A DNA stretch of 64,000 nucleotides, taken from contig NC_068986.1 of the NCBI RefSeq assembly GCF_001194135.2, forward strand, positions 2,455,017 to 2,519,016, in the 5' to 3' direction. The notes beneath the pieces were generated by a model that saw only the letters and a list, made by a program, of their open reading frames with translations, was not told the origin of the DNA and made no database searches. Positions 1 through 10,730 of the stretch are shown here, one piece after another (positions within the stretch are counted from its first letter, which is position 1; each line of letters opens with the position of its first letter). Source of the DNA: Octopus bimaculoides (Eukaryota). Position numbers and translations under genes: made by a program.

Positions 1-117
1 TATATATATGTCGTTGTACTTGGGGATGGTCATATTGCCAGTTTAGCCAATAAAAACACACGCACTGTATATTTGGTGTTAATTTGCTTCAGCTTTATAT
101 TACATTAATCCTATTTC

Positions 118-162
118 GGCCAGAGTTCTTTCGTCACACTTCTGTGACCTCATCAGTGGTCC
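118..162 (-). ncRNA. Hammerhead-ribozyme-like motif (minimal type I, Penelope-like context)
   Basis: Minus strand: GGACCA CUGAUGA G GUCACA-GAAG-UGUGAC GAAA G-AA-C UC UGGCC. Core boxes and a 6-bp stem II are visible; there is an extra G after the core and stem III is only 2 bp. Confidence 0.4.
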
Positions 163-235
163 TTTGCTTTCTTCTTTCTTATGTGTGTCTCACCTTGCTA
201 ACTATCAGGCATTTTGTGTATATATATATATGATA

Positions 236-400
236 CTTTTTCTTGTCTGTCCCAAACAACAATATCCAGCCAGTTATGTTTACACTTGGCAGATGTTTTG
301 ATGGAAATGTTCCACCAGTATTCCTTTTGTTGATATTTGGGTATGTATTCAATAATAGAAGGATTCTCTATATTTATTCCCAGACAGTCTTTTTCCTGAA
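236..400 (-). mobile_element. Decayed R4/Dong-type non-LTR retrotransposon fragment (restriction-like endonuclease region)
   Basis: Minus strand reads YWWNISIKTSAKCKHNWLDIVVWDRQEK, resembling the W-D-x-x-I...N-R-P-D-I-V motif. Confidence 0.5.
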
Positions 401-412
401 TGGCATTGTATA

Positions 413-580
413 AGCGCCCACTACACTCTCAGAGTGGTTGGCGTTAGGAAGGGCATCCAGCTGTAGAAACTCTGCCAAATCGGATTGGAGCCTGGTGTAG
501 CCATCCGGTTTCACCAGTCCTCAGTCAAATCGTCCAACCCATGCTAGCATAGAAAGTGGACATTAAACGATGATGATGAT
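413..580 (+). mobile_element. RTE-tailed SINE/LINE 3' end with (GAT)n tail
   Basis: GGTTGGCGTTAGGAAGGGCATCCAGC...CCATGCTAGCAT...AAACGATGATGATG. Family copies at about 11245-11395, 27750-27912, 37805-37945 (same sense) and 15452-15540, 23561-23715, 28277-28610, 35437-35578, 35996-36185, 37399-37632, 50694-50815 (opposite sense). Confidence 0.8.
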
Positions 581-1474
581 GTTGGGTCACATAGGGAAGT
601 AGTACCTTGATATTTTTTAGGCAGCTGCTAACCACATGTGTGATGTCTTCCACATGTATGTATACATATATTTGTTATGTAAATGTTTATGTGTGTATCT
701 TTAAATATGAAGGTATGTAAATCTACACATTTGTGAGTGTATATATGTGTGTGCATGTATGGCTAGGTATATTTATTATACAAAGCCTTCTGTATATGTG
801 AGACTGTCTAACTGATTGCCTTGATAAGTTGTTCGTTATGTTTTAATAGCTCTAATGACAACCTTATCACTATCTGTTGTGTATGTTTCCTTTGAAGTTT
901 ACTTTTGCTAACATAAATTTATCCCTTCAAACTGCTGAACCAGAACATCTCTGATAGCTATGAAACTTGATACATATCTCTTTCAGCTATGATTTCTAAT
1001 ACTCTGACATCTCTCATACCATCTACTCTCATACCGTCTACTCCAGCTACTATATACAACTTCATAAATGTTATGAGTGTTGATTGTTTTTTTAGCTTTT
1101 GTTTAAATCCCAGAATTCTTCTAAAGAACTTATATAACTTGCTGTGCACTGAAAAGTGCAAAAGTTCTTTTTGAAAGGTATTGCCAACACATTGGTAACG
1201 AATAAAGTTATTTAACCCTTTTGTGACCATAGTTCTGTTGGCATATAGTGCGTTTGTTTCAGTTAATTTTTAAAATAAGGAAGAATTTAGTTATACAACT
1301 TTGTCATTATTAAGCTGATGTCTGGAACAAATAAACATAAAATTTTGATGGAAGATTATAGGAAGGAATTTCAACCATGTTTCGTGGTCTGCTACCACAA
1401 CAGCTCCTTTATAGGATCCAGTTAGCTCAAGACATCATCAGGAGAAACCACGTCCGGTTTCGGCCCCTACTCCT

Positions 1475-4400
1475 CTACCGTTTTGACGTGGCGGGGCCAC
1501 CCCCTTTCGGAGGTGTCTTCAGCTCTGGTGTTGGGTGCATGTCTTCTTTCACTGTTTGTGACTGTTCTAATTCAACTGTGGAATGTCCCTCGCTATGGTT
1601 ATTTTCCAGGAGGTTCTGGCCACACGATGGACCAGGAACAGTCTCAGACAGGTTGGTAGTCGTGCTGTTTCCCTTTTTTCTATGATTAAATATACATTCA
1701 TCAATCAAGACATGCAAGCACAAATAAGCACTACACAGTTCTTAACAAAGATAAGTTGCTAGCCAATGAGGCAAGGTATAAGATACACTAACGAAGCTAA
1801 GGTGGAAGAGGATGTAGATCTGTTCAATCAAGACTGATCTGGCATGGAACAACAACAACAATTCAGCCTGTGGTTCAACAGTATATTCTTGTCCTCCTAC
1901 TCAAAAATAACATATTTTACTGACACATTATCCATAAACAAGTATAATATGACTAATTCATGCAATTTTCTCCTGATTCAAGCTATGATTTATAGAACAA
2001 TGAATTGAATTTCTTGTCAAATATCCAGCTGTTACAATATTTCTTTCTTGGTAATTTGTTGCAATTAAAATGAAGTGTTTTGGTAAAGTTACTCACAGAA
2101 ACACACATACATACACACATACACAAATATATTGGCATCATAACAACTCAGAAAATGGTTCAAGTCAAAGCAGATAGAATATCTGAGAATGGTTCAAGTC
2201 AAAGCAGATAAAAATATAAATATTAGCATGTAAATATTGGGTAAAAAAAACCCTTTGTATAAAAAAATGTCGAAGGATGCTTGTCTCGTGGATTCATGTC
2301 CTAAGTGCAGCCGTTGACTTTTTCTATCCAAAGAATTTTTTAACACATATTTACAAGTTATTATTTATAGCTTTATATGTTTTAAGTTAAACTGTTCCAA
2401 AAAAAGAATAATTTCATATATATATATATATATATATATACTCTTTTGAAACGCCTGTGTTAGAATGGGGGTAGCTGATGAAGGAAAATGTTCTCTATGT
2501 GGCTTGTATACATCAGCAAGCACTCTGTGAGAAAGACAGATATTTCTTGCATACTGAAACCAGTCGATTCTGCAGTGAACTTCATTTGGGGTCATGCCCT
2601 TAATCACCACCAATTCCGGGCTTTTCTTGAAGAAATTGATTCTGAATTCTGTGACTTGCCTTATCACACAGCAGTGAGATGGCTCAGCTGCAATAAAGTT
2701 CTCTTTCATCTTTATAAACTCCTAAGAGAAATAGATATTTTTCTCACTGAAAAGGATAGAGCTGATCCACTTCTGTCAGATTCTACCTGGCTGTCGAAGT
2801 TGTCGTTTTTAGTTGACATCACATCCCACATGAATGAATTGAACTTGCAACTTCAGGGAAAGGATAACCTTATCTGTGATCTCTACAGAATCATCAAAGG
2901 ATTTCAGAGGAAGCTATCATTGTCTGAAGCACAAATGGAAGCACAACTCATCTTCAGTGTTTTAAAGAGCTATGTGCTGGAATCACAGATGTCAGCCTCA
3001 AGTTTCTGAAGAAGATTATTCATAATTAAAATAAGCATTTTTTGGAGATTTTCAGATCTCAACAGGATTGAGAGTGACATTCTTCAGTTCCAGAATCCGT
3101 TTGATTGTAAACTTGATGACATGCCAGTCGAACTACAGTTGGTGCTCATTGAATTGCAAGCAAATGACTTGTTGAAAGAAAAACACACAGAAGGAAAACT
3201 TGTTGAATTTTATCACTGCTTACCTGGTGATGAGTTTTCAGATTCGAAAAAATTTGCCTCTGGCATGGCATCAGTGTTTGGAACAACTTATGCTTGTGAA
3301 GTCAGCACATCAAATGAGGTTGAATGATGAACAATTGAAAGGGATTCTCTTGGTTGAATGCAGCAATTCCAAAACAAATATTGGTGATATCTTAAAATCT
3401 AAACAACAGTTTCACAAATCTTACCAACCATTTTTGCTGCTTAGTTTGTGAGATCCGGATATGTGCACGCTGGGTGTGATGTAACTATCTTATTGTTAAC
3501 ATGACCTTCTTTGATAATATTTTGGTAAATAAATATATTGGCTGTCTTTATCTTTTGTGTATTCACTGTGTTGTATTAAACAAAATGGTTATGTGGCCTG
3601 TGCTCGCCATTCTCTCAGTTATCTAGCCTGCTGTGAAAAAGTTTGCTGACCCCTGCTCTAGAGGATGTATCGTAATTACCAAACGGCAATTAAAACTAAC
3701 CCCCTTGAGAAGACGAGATGATCTGAAGACTCAAGAAATCTCAAAAGTTGACATACGTTTAAGGAAAAGGACGGAGATAAGAGGACATTTGTGGACATGT
3801 ATTTCTGACTCAGTAGCCAACATCAGCACAATTGTCTGACCTTTCAATGAGATGTCTAAGCTGTCGTCTTCCTTTTAGCATTTAAAAGGTTAATCTTTTA
3901 AATGTCTCAAACACGCAGGCTAGAAGATAAATATCAAACTTGAAGTAAAATAACACTGAAACCCTTATGTTCATTTTGATTATCTCACACTGACCTAGCA
4001 TTGCTAGCCAATATGGGCTGGCCCTTCAAATATATAGTTGGAACCATCAGAAAAATATAACAATTATAATTCGAAAAATTATTTGGTATCCCTTTAAATA
4101 AACACATGCTAAAAGCTCCGCACGCGTTCATACGACCCTACTCGAAATGTTAGTAGCGATTGAATTATTTAATGACTCAGTCATTAAATAAGGATTTACA
4201 TAATTGCATAATTACTCTAATAATATATCTAATAGAGAAATAAACTAAAAAAGACGATGAAGCAAAAATGAATAATGGAAAGAGTTGAAAGAGAACGAAG
4301 GGTAAGTTGCTAAGTGCTTGGCGCGCAAAGTTTACTTTTTAGACCTATTTCGATGCTGAATGAATAGACTTATGACCAAAGGCATTCTAACCGTGACCCT

Positions 4401-6595
4401 CCCGTGTTTTAAAACATAGGTTATCTGACTACTTTAGCCTATACGCACTTCACCAACTTTTTTTAATCTGTAAAATATGATTTCAGAGAAATTTGGTTGC
4501 TATTTCTGGTCCGTTGAACGACGACGTAGGGGCTTTCTTGTTTGATTAACATGGTGTCTTCCAAGTAAAATAAGCGACAGGTAATGATCGCATTGTTTTT
4601 GACAATAATGGTCATCATCGGTATATTAAATGATGATTTCTGCAAATTCTTACTATTACATCCAATTGACTTTGAACGAGTGATTTCCAACGTTGCTTTT
4701 TTTTTAATGGTTTCATTCGTTCAAAATGCATCAAAAATCATAGAAAAAGCATAAATTTCACCTTCAAAATGAGACGGGTGTAAATTTTACCTTCAAAATG
4801 AGACGGGAATAAATTCCAGCTTCAGTATGAGACTGGTGTAATAGTAAATTCGCGCCGTTTAATTTTGCTTTTCTATAGCATTTATATTGATATGTGACAC
4901 AAGTTCAAACATAAAGCACAAAGATCAAAATTTTGGAGGAGTTACAACTTGACTGGTACTTATTTTATCGATCCCACATGGATGAAAAGCAAAGATGACC
5001 TGAGCGGGATTTAAACTCAGAATGTAAGGAACCATAATTGAATACGGCAGGCATTTTTCTTTAACGATTCAGACCATTCACTGTCTAGACCTAAATTATG
5101 TCATTCCCTTCTAATTTTATAGCCAAGTAAACGCCTCAGTAAATCAAAATTATTTTATTGAAGCATCATAACAACAGGGCAAAAAACTTCTAAGTTAAAA
5201 ATCAAGTGCTTGTTAACTTACAAGATTATGTCTTCATGTTGCCAAATTATTGCGACCGGAGTCAAACGAACAGTTAGAGAGAAAGTTAACGAAAGTACAT
5301 TTGCTCCGAAAGATCAGTTGATGTCATAATACTCTTTGATGGTGACGTCACTATTGATTAGCAATTAGCTTAACAAGGAAAATCCTCAGCAAGTGCTCTC
5401 TTGCAGACCATTTCCTGAAAAAAAGATCATCTCAGTTTTATGATAAAAACACAGCTAAGTTATGATACATATGTGCAATTTTTGTCCAACTGCCAATTTT
5501 TAAATGAAGTATTTTTAGATTTAAAAGTCGAAGAAATGTACTGTACTAACTTTCACCTCATTTGGCATGTAATATCCGAGTGCAAACGAATAACACATCA
5601 CCTAGAATGGTGAATATATTGTTCACCTCAAAGTGAAATTAGAAAAGAAAAGAAACTAGGCAAACCATTAACTTGAGAAATTTAGAACGATGGAGCAAAC
5701 TCCGGCTCTTCTTTTACAGGGCCCCATGAAAGCGAAATTATTTGTCCTGTCTAAAGAAACTGTTTTCTATGCATAAAAAGAACGAAAGTAAAATAGTGAA
5801 CAGACGTAGCTGTGTGGTAACAAGTTTGCTCTTCAACCACATGATTTGGGGTTCAATTCCACCGAATGACACTTTCGTCAAATGTCTTTAATTATAGCTC
5901 TTTGAGAAGATTTAGTAAACGGAAACTGAAAGAAGCCTCTCTGTGTGTGTTGGTTCCCGTAACTTAGTAATTCGGTTTAAGAGATTGATAGAATACGTAC
6001 CAGGCTTTTTTAAAAAAGGCATAAGTACTAGGTTCGATTTGTTCGACTAAATCTGTCAAGGCAATGCCCCGGCATGGCCGCACTCTAATGGCTGAGACAA
6101 GAAGTATGTCGATGATTTACTGTAAAAGATCTAATGTGATGTTATCATTGATGTTGGATCTATCAAATATATTGGTTTCAGGTTTTGGCCCAAGGCCAGC
6201 AATTTCGTGAGAGGGGTTAAGTCGATTTTATCGACCCCAATGCTCAACTGTTACTTATTTTATCAATCCCGAAAGGTGAAGTCGACCCTGGTGGAATTTT
6301 TTAACTCAAAGCATAAAGACAGCGAAAAGCCGCCGAGCATTTTACCCGGCGTGCTAACGATTCTGCTAGTTCACTGCCCTGGATCCATCAAATATATTAA
6401 CTATATCCCTGATTAATGTTAAGCAAAGCATGGCTATTTATTATCCAAGTGTATCGAATGTTACCAGGAGAGAAAGTAATTTTTCTGCAAAGTTGTTCAT
6501 CCTCCAGTTCGACTTTTCGCCCAGGAAACACTTACCCTTTTTGCCCTCCGAAAGACTCACATTTGTTTTTGAACCTGGGAAACTCACTTAGACAT
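1475..6595 (-). CDS. Tentative small spliced ORF join(6588..6595,1475..1679): MSKKKGNSTTTNLSETVPGPSCGQ...KTPPKGGGPATSKR, 70 aa, unknown function
   Basis: ATGTCTAA|GTGAGT donor (phase 2) fits a ttaatcatag acceptor at 1680. There is no homology, and the second exon overlaps a possible Penelope-like relic. Confidence 0.2.
2154..2210 (+). repeat. 23-bp direct duplication (period 34)
   Basis: AATGGTTCAAGTCAAAGCAGATA at 2154-2176 and 2188-2210. Confidence 0.9.
2480..3655 (+). mobile_element. 5'-truncated hAT (Charlie/Buster/SPIN, GTF2IRD2-like) DNA transposon remnant
   Basis: ORF with LPYHTAVRWLS...WLSKLSFLVDITSHMNELNLQLQGK, then a frameshifted dimerisation region (FASGMASVFGTTYACE...RLNDEQL). 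Right TIR agtttgctgacccctg (3640-3655) is followed by CTCTAGAG, matching the NTCTAGAN target consensus. Confidence 0.9.
4165..4191. repeat. 27-bp palindrome (13-bp arms, 1-nt centre) containing TGACTCA
   Basis: TTATTTAATGACT C AGTCATTAAATAA. Confidence 0.95.
4752..4838 (+). repeat. 29-bp tandem repeat x3
   Basis: TAAATTTCACCTTCAAAATGAGACGGGTG / TAAATTTTACCTTCAAAATGAGACGGGAA / TAAATTCCAGCTTCAGTATGAGACTGGTG. Confidence 0.9.
5342..5351. promoter_or_regulatory. CRE/ATF palindrome GTGACGTCAC
   Basis: Perfect TGACGTCA extended to 10 bp, about 120 nt upstream of a minus-strand GTAAGT donor (5216-5221). Confidence 0.4.
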
Positions 6596-7078
6596 GGAAC
6601 TTCCACTTTCGAGGAGCCCTATAAACGAAGAATCTACGATCCTTCGCCAAAATATAACGTTGAGCTCTTTTTGTATATTAACATATACAAACATTTGCTT
6701 GCTCTTAAGTAATGTTAAAGTGCTCTTAAAATCGTTAGCTGAGAGCCTTGTCCGTATCTTTAAGTGCTTTTCTTTAATAATTCGTTATATTTACGTTGGG
6801 AGTCATCATATATGTCGTGATAATTAAGATAAATATATTTATAATTCTCACATTAACTCAACCACTACGAATGAAATCTCAAACTAATAACACTTGTTGG
6901 ACCTCATTAAAATCTTTCTTTCGCTTTTTGTTCGCTCTTTTCGTTGTTTTTCACTTATGATAAACTGCAAATAGTTTGTTTTTAAGTACCAAATGGAATG
7001 CAGGTGGGCCGATTCCTCCCAGATTATCAGCGATAAACTTCGTTAATAATCACTAATCTAACAAAACCTTAAAATTAA

Positions 7079-7784
7079 GGCATGCCTCCATATTTGTGTG
7101 CCCCGCCCCCCTGCCACGACTTTGTTGTCTCATAACTTCCAGAAAAATGTATTTTTCAATGAAATTCTCTACAAATACTCTTCAGTTTGTGTAGATTTTG
7201 ATTATATCGGAATTTGTTGAAAAAGCTTTTCCGGTGGTGGAGGTGAGTAGTTTCGGAAAATTCACATGAATCGGCTTTGTTTCTTCATAACTTTCGAAAA
7301 AATAGGTATTTTTTCTGCAATTTTCTATAAATACTTTTCAGAGTCTGCAAATTACGATTATATTGTTATTTCATATTAAAAAAAATTAGCACACACACAC
7401 ATCACATTTTTTTTCGAAATTCCAAGTTTCATTTTGAAGATATATATGTGTATCAGTATGTAAGTGTACGAGTCCACCAGTTTTGTTTTTCATATTAAAT
7501 TCCGTTATAATCGCAGTCTAAACACTCTGAAAGGTATTTATATAAAATCTCATTAAAAAATACCTGTCGTTCTAAAAGTTATGAGGAAACAATGCCGACT
7601 CATGTGAATTTTCGGCAAACTCCTCTCCCCACTCACGGATTTTTTTTTTTTTTTTTCACATTCTGATATAATCTGAATCTACACAATCTGAACCGTATTT
7701 ATTGAAAATTTCAATTAAAAATATCCATTTTTCTGGATTCTATGAGGTATTAAACTTGGTGGGGGAGATACATGGAGGTATGCC
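7079..7784. mobile_element. Foldback-type non-autonomous DNA element, long imperfect inverted arms, 8-bp TSD AAAATTAA
   Basis: Termini GGCATGCCTCCAT / ATGGAGGTATGCC (12/13 complementary); identical flanks at 7071-7078 and 7785-7792; arms about 300 bp each. Confidence 0.8.
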
Positions 7785-8439
7785 AAAATTAAATCTTATT
7801 TCAATAATAATTTGATTGAGAAATCCGAATTTTCCCCTTATCTGCTTTCATTTTTCCTTGTTGCTTTAAACGACCCCTTAATGTGTTTTGCTGGTTGCAA
7901 AAATCAATCATTCTTAACTTTACACTGTATTTGGAAGTGAAAATTTTGACACTCCATTTAAAAATTTTTTTTTTTTTTTCCCTTTGCTGTAAAGTGTGTT
8001 GCATGTCAATTGAGCTTTTAGATTCTTGTTTGGCGCTCAGGTCAACCCTAGCCAAACAGATCTCTGATAAAAAGTGTTCCAACTATGACCATTCTCCTTG
8101 TGTAGTGATATGTGGCACTATGAGTTAATATATCTTGCTTAAGACGTGAGGTGTGGTTGGGTTGCTGTTTCTAACAGGTTACACAAACATGTAAAGTTCT
8201 GTCTTTGGTTCAAGAGACATTTGCTAACAGCATTGTGGGAAAATTGTGCAGAATTGTGAATTACCAAACTAAAAGACATTCAAACTAGATTTTAATATTG
8301 GAACTATTGCATCGTTTCTAAAGGATCTCTTTGATTGCATGTTTGCAATTAAAAATTTCTCAATATTAATAGTGCTACTCTGTTTGTGTTAATGAATATT
8401 GGTTATTGTCAGTTCCAGTAACCAATAGATTTTTGCTTA

Positions 8440-8505
8440 ATGGGATATTGTATCTCCTCAGGGTCTTATTAATTAATAAGACCCTGAGGAGATACAATAT
8501 CCCAT
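8440..8505. repeat. Perfect 66-bp palindrome centred on TTAA|TTAA
   Basis: ATGGGATATTGTATCTCCTCAGGGTCTTATTAA | TTAATAAGACCCTGAGGAGATACAATATCCCAT, checked base by base. Confidence 0.97.
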
Positions 8506-9700
8506 ATTTTTATAATATGCATGAATCGATCTGGATATTGCATCGAAATGATCATAGGTCATAATAAAGTCTTTACAATGGATCAGATTTTAGCTCTTTT
8601 TTAAATTGATATAAATACAAAAACTCACCTGTGAGTATTTTGCTACGTTTGATAACAGATACAATATTTTTGCCAAATTTTGGTATAAATCTATAAATAG
8701 ATATATATATATATATATATACTGACTTGTATTTATTCCTAAAAGTTACTTGAAATGTGGTTTCACTGGATTCATCTACTAGAAGACTACTAAATTTTCT
8801 AGTTCTTGCATCAGAAACCAAACATTCAACAATGTGGAACAAACACATTCTTTACAAAGTTTGCACAATTGATACAATACAACTTCAATGTGGATACTAT
8901 TTCACTATCAGCTATTTCATTTTAGCAAAAATCTAATCTATCAAATGAGCAAATATACATTACTAAGTTTTCTTCAAGTATTGAGGTTTCATTATATTTT
9001 CTTATCAAAAAATTAACAGGAATTGCTTTAGACGGGAGTGCTATCTTACGTAGTTTTTAGTTGTATTTAAAACAATTTCTTTTTTAATTATATTTTTGCA
9101 GAATATTCTTTTACTAACACACAGTATCCTGCTCTGATGTCACACAATACATATATTCTCTACATGAGTCACAAATCAGATTAAAATCTGCAGCCATGTC
9201 AGTCATTTCCTGTTTATTAGAATCTCAGTGGTCATTCAAAACAATTAGTCAGGTCAGTCAGTAAAATTCTTTGTGATAAATTAGTGAGGTATTAATAAAA
9301 CAGTTAGGCTCCAATAATTTTTTATGCTATTGTAGAAATTGTCTAACCAATTTAATTACAAATTAAAAGAAGTGCTAATAACCAGCTCTTATATTAAATG
9401 ATTTGAGGTGAGTAATATTTTAAAGTAGCATTCAATTTCAATAGTTTGTATATACTTTTATCTTTTACTTGTTTGTCTTTAGACTGTGGCCATGCTGGGG
9501 TACCACCTTGAAGAATTTTAGTCGAACTTATTGACTCCAATCCTTATGATTTTTTTTTTTTGTAAGGCCTAGTACTTATTCTATTGGTCTCTTTTGCCAA
9601 ACTGCTAAGTTACAGGGATGTAAACACACCAACACCAGTTGTCAAGTGGTGGTGGACAAACATATGCACAAAGACACACAAACATATATATATATATAGA

Positions 9701-10072
9701 TACTCTTTTACTTGTTTCAGTCATTTGACTGTGGCCATGCTGGAGCACCGCCTTTAGTCGAGCAAATCGACCTCAGGACTTATTTTTTGTAAGTCTAGTA
9801 CTTATTCTATCAGTCACTTTTGCCAAACTGCTAAGTTACGGGGACATAAACACACCAGCATCGGTTGTCAAGCGATGTTGGGGGGCCAAACACAGACACA
9901 CAAACATATACATATATACGACCGGCTTCTTTCAGTTTCCGTCTACCAAATCCACTCACAAGGCTTTGGTCAGCCTGAGGCTATAGAAGACACTTGCCCA
10001 AGATGCCACGCAGTGAGACTGAACCTGGTACCATGTGGTTCGTAAGCAAGTTACTTACCACACAGCCACTCC
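9701..10072 (-). mobile_element. Same SINE family, full-length reverse copy
   Basis: Reverse complement of the 62290-62721 / 44025-44618 consensus along its whole length. Confidence 0.8.
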
Positions 10073-10419
10073 TATATATGACAGGCTTCTTTCAGTTTCC
10101 ATCTATCAAATCCACCCACAAGACTTAGGTCAGCCCAAGGCTATTGCACAAAAATGTGCAAAAAAGAATTAGGTGGTTGAGACCACGGGTAATATAATCC
10201 AGAAGTGTAGATAAATTAAATGTTTTTTTCATGATGTAATCAAATTATTCATCAATAAAAAACACATCTGAAACAGCCTTAGTGAACCATACCCCCATTT
10301 GTGTTCTTTCTATATAATAAGTGTGTGTGTATAGATAGATATATATATAGAGAGAGGAGGGGAGTTGGACCTTTCATAAACTTGAAACTCGATCAGTATT
10401 ATAAAATACTCACTGAAAA

Positions 10420-10730
10420 GAGACAGTATATGCACAGGCCTCAAAAAGTCTCAGCGAATGAGAAAGTGACCTTAATTTGGGATATGCCAATTTACACAGA
10501 TAGGGAGATCAGGGCAAATCAACTGGATATTGATTAAGGACTATCAACAGAAGTGTCCCCTTGATCCATGTATCAGTTCATAAAGACAAAAATGTATCTC
10601 TAAAGAAAATGGACAATCTATCCAAATATATATACAAAGATCTGGAAATGGAGATAACCAGAATGTGGAGGCTTGAAAACAGAAATGATCACTATAAATA
10701 AATGCCCTGAGAACAATTAGAAAATAACAT
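10420..10730 (+). mobile_element. Decayed R4/Dong-type non-LTR fragment (REL endonuclease)
   Basis: HRPQKVSANEKVTLIWDMPIYTDREIRANQLDI ... KNVSLKKMDNLSKY/KDLEMEITRMW across frameshifts. Confidence 0.7.

Noticed and set aside
4275-4307. Plus-strand ATG...MERVERERR|GTAAGT mini first exon
   Set aside because: No compatible downstream plus-strand exon found before MED31; probably part of a repeat.
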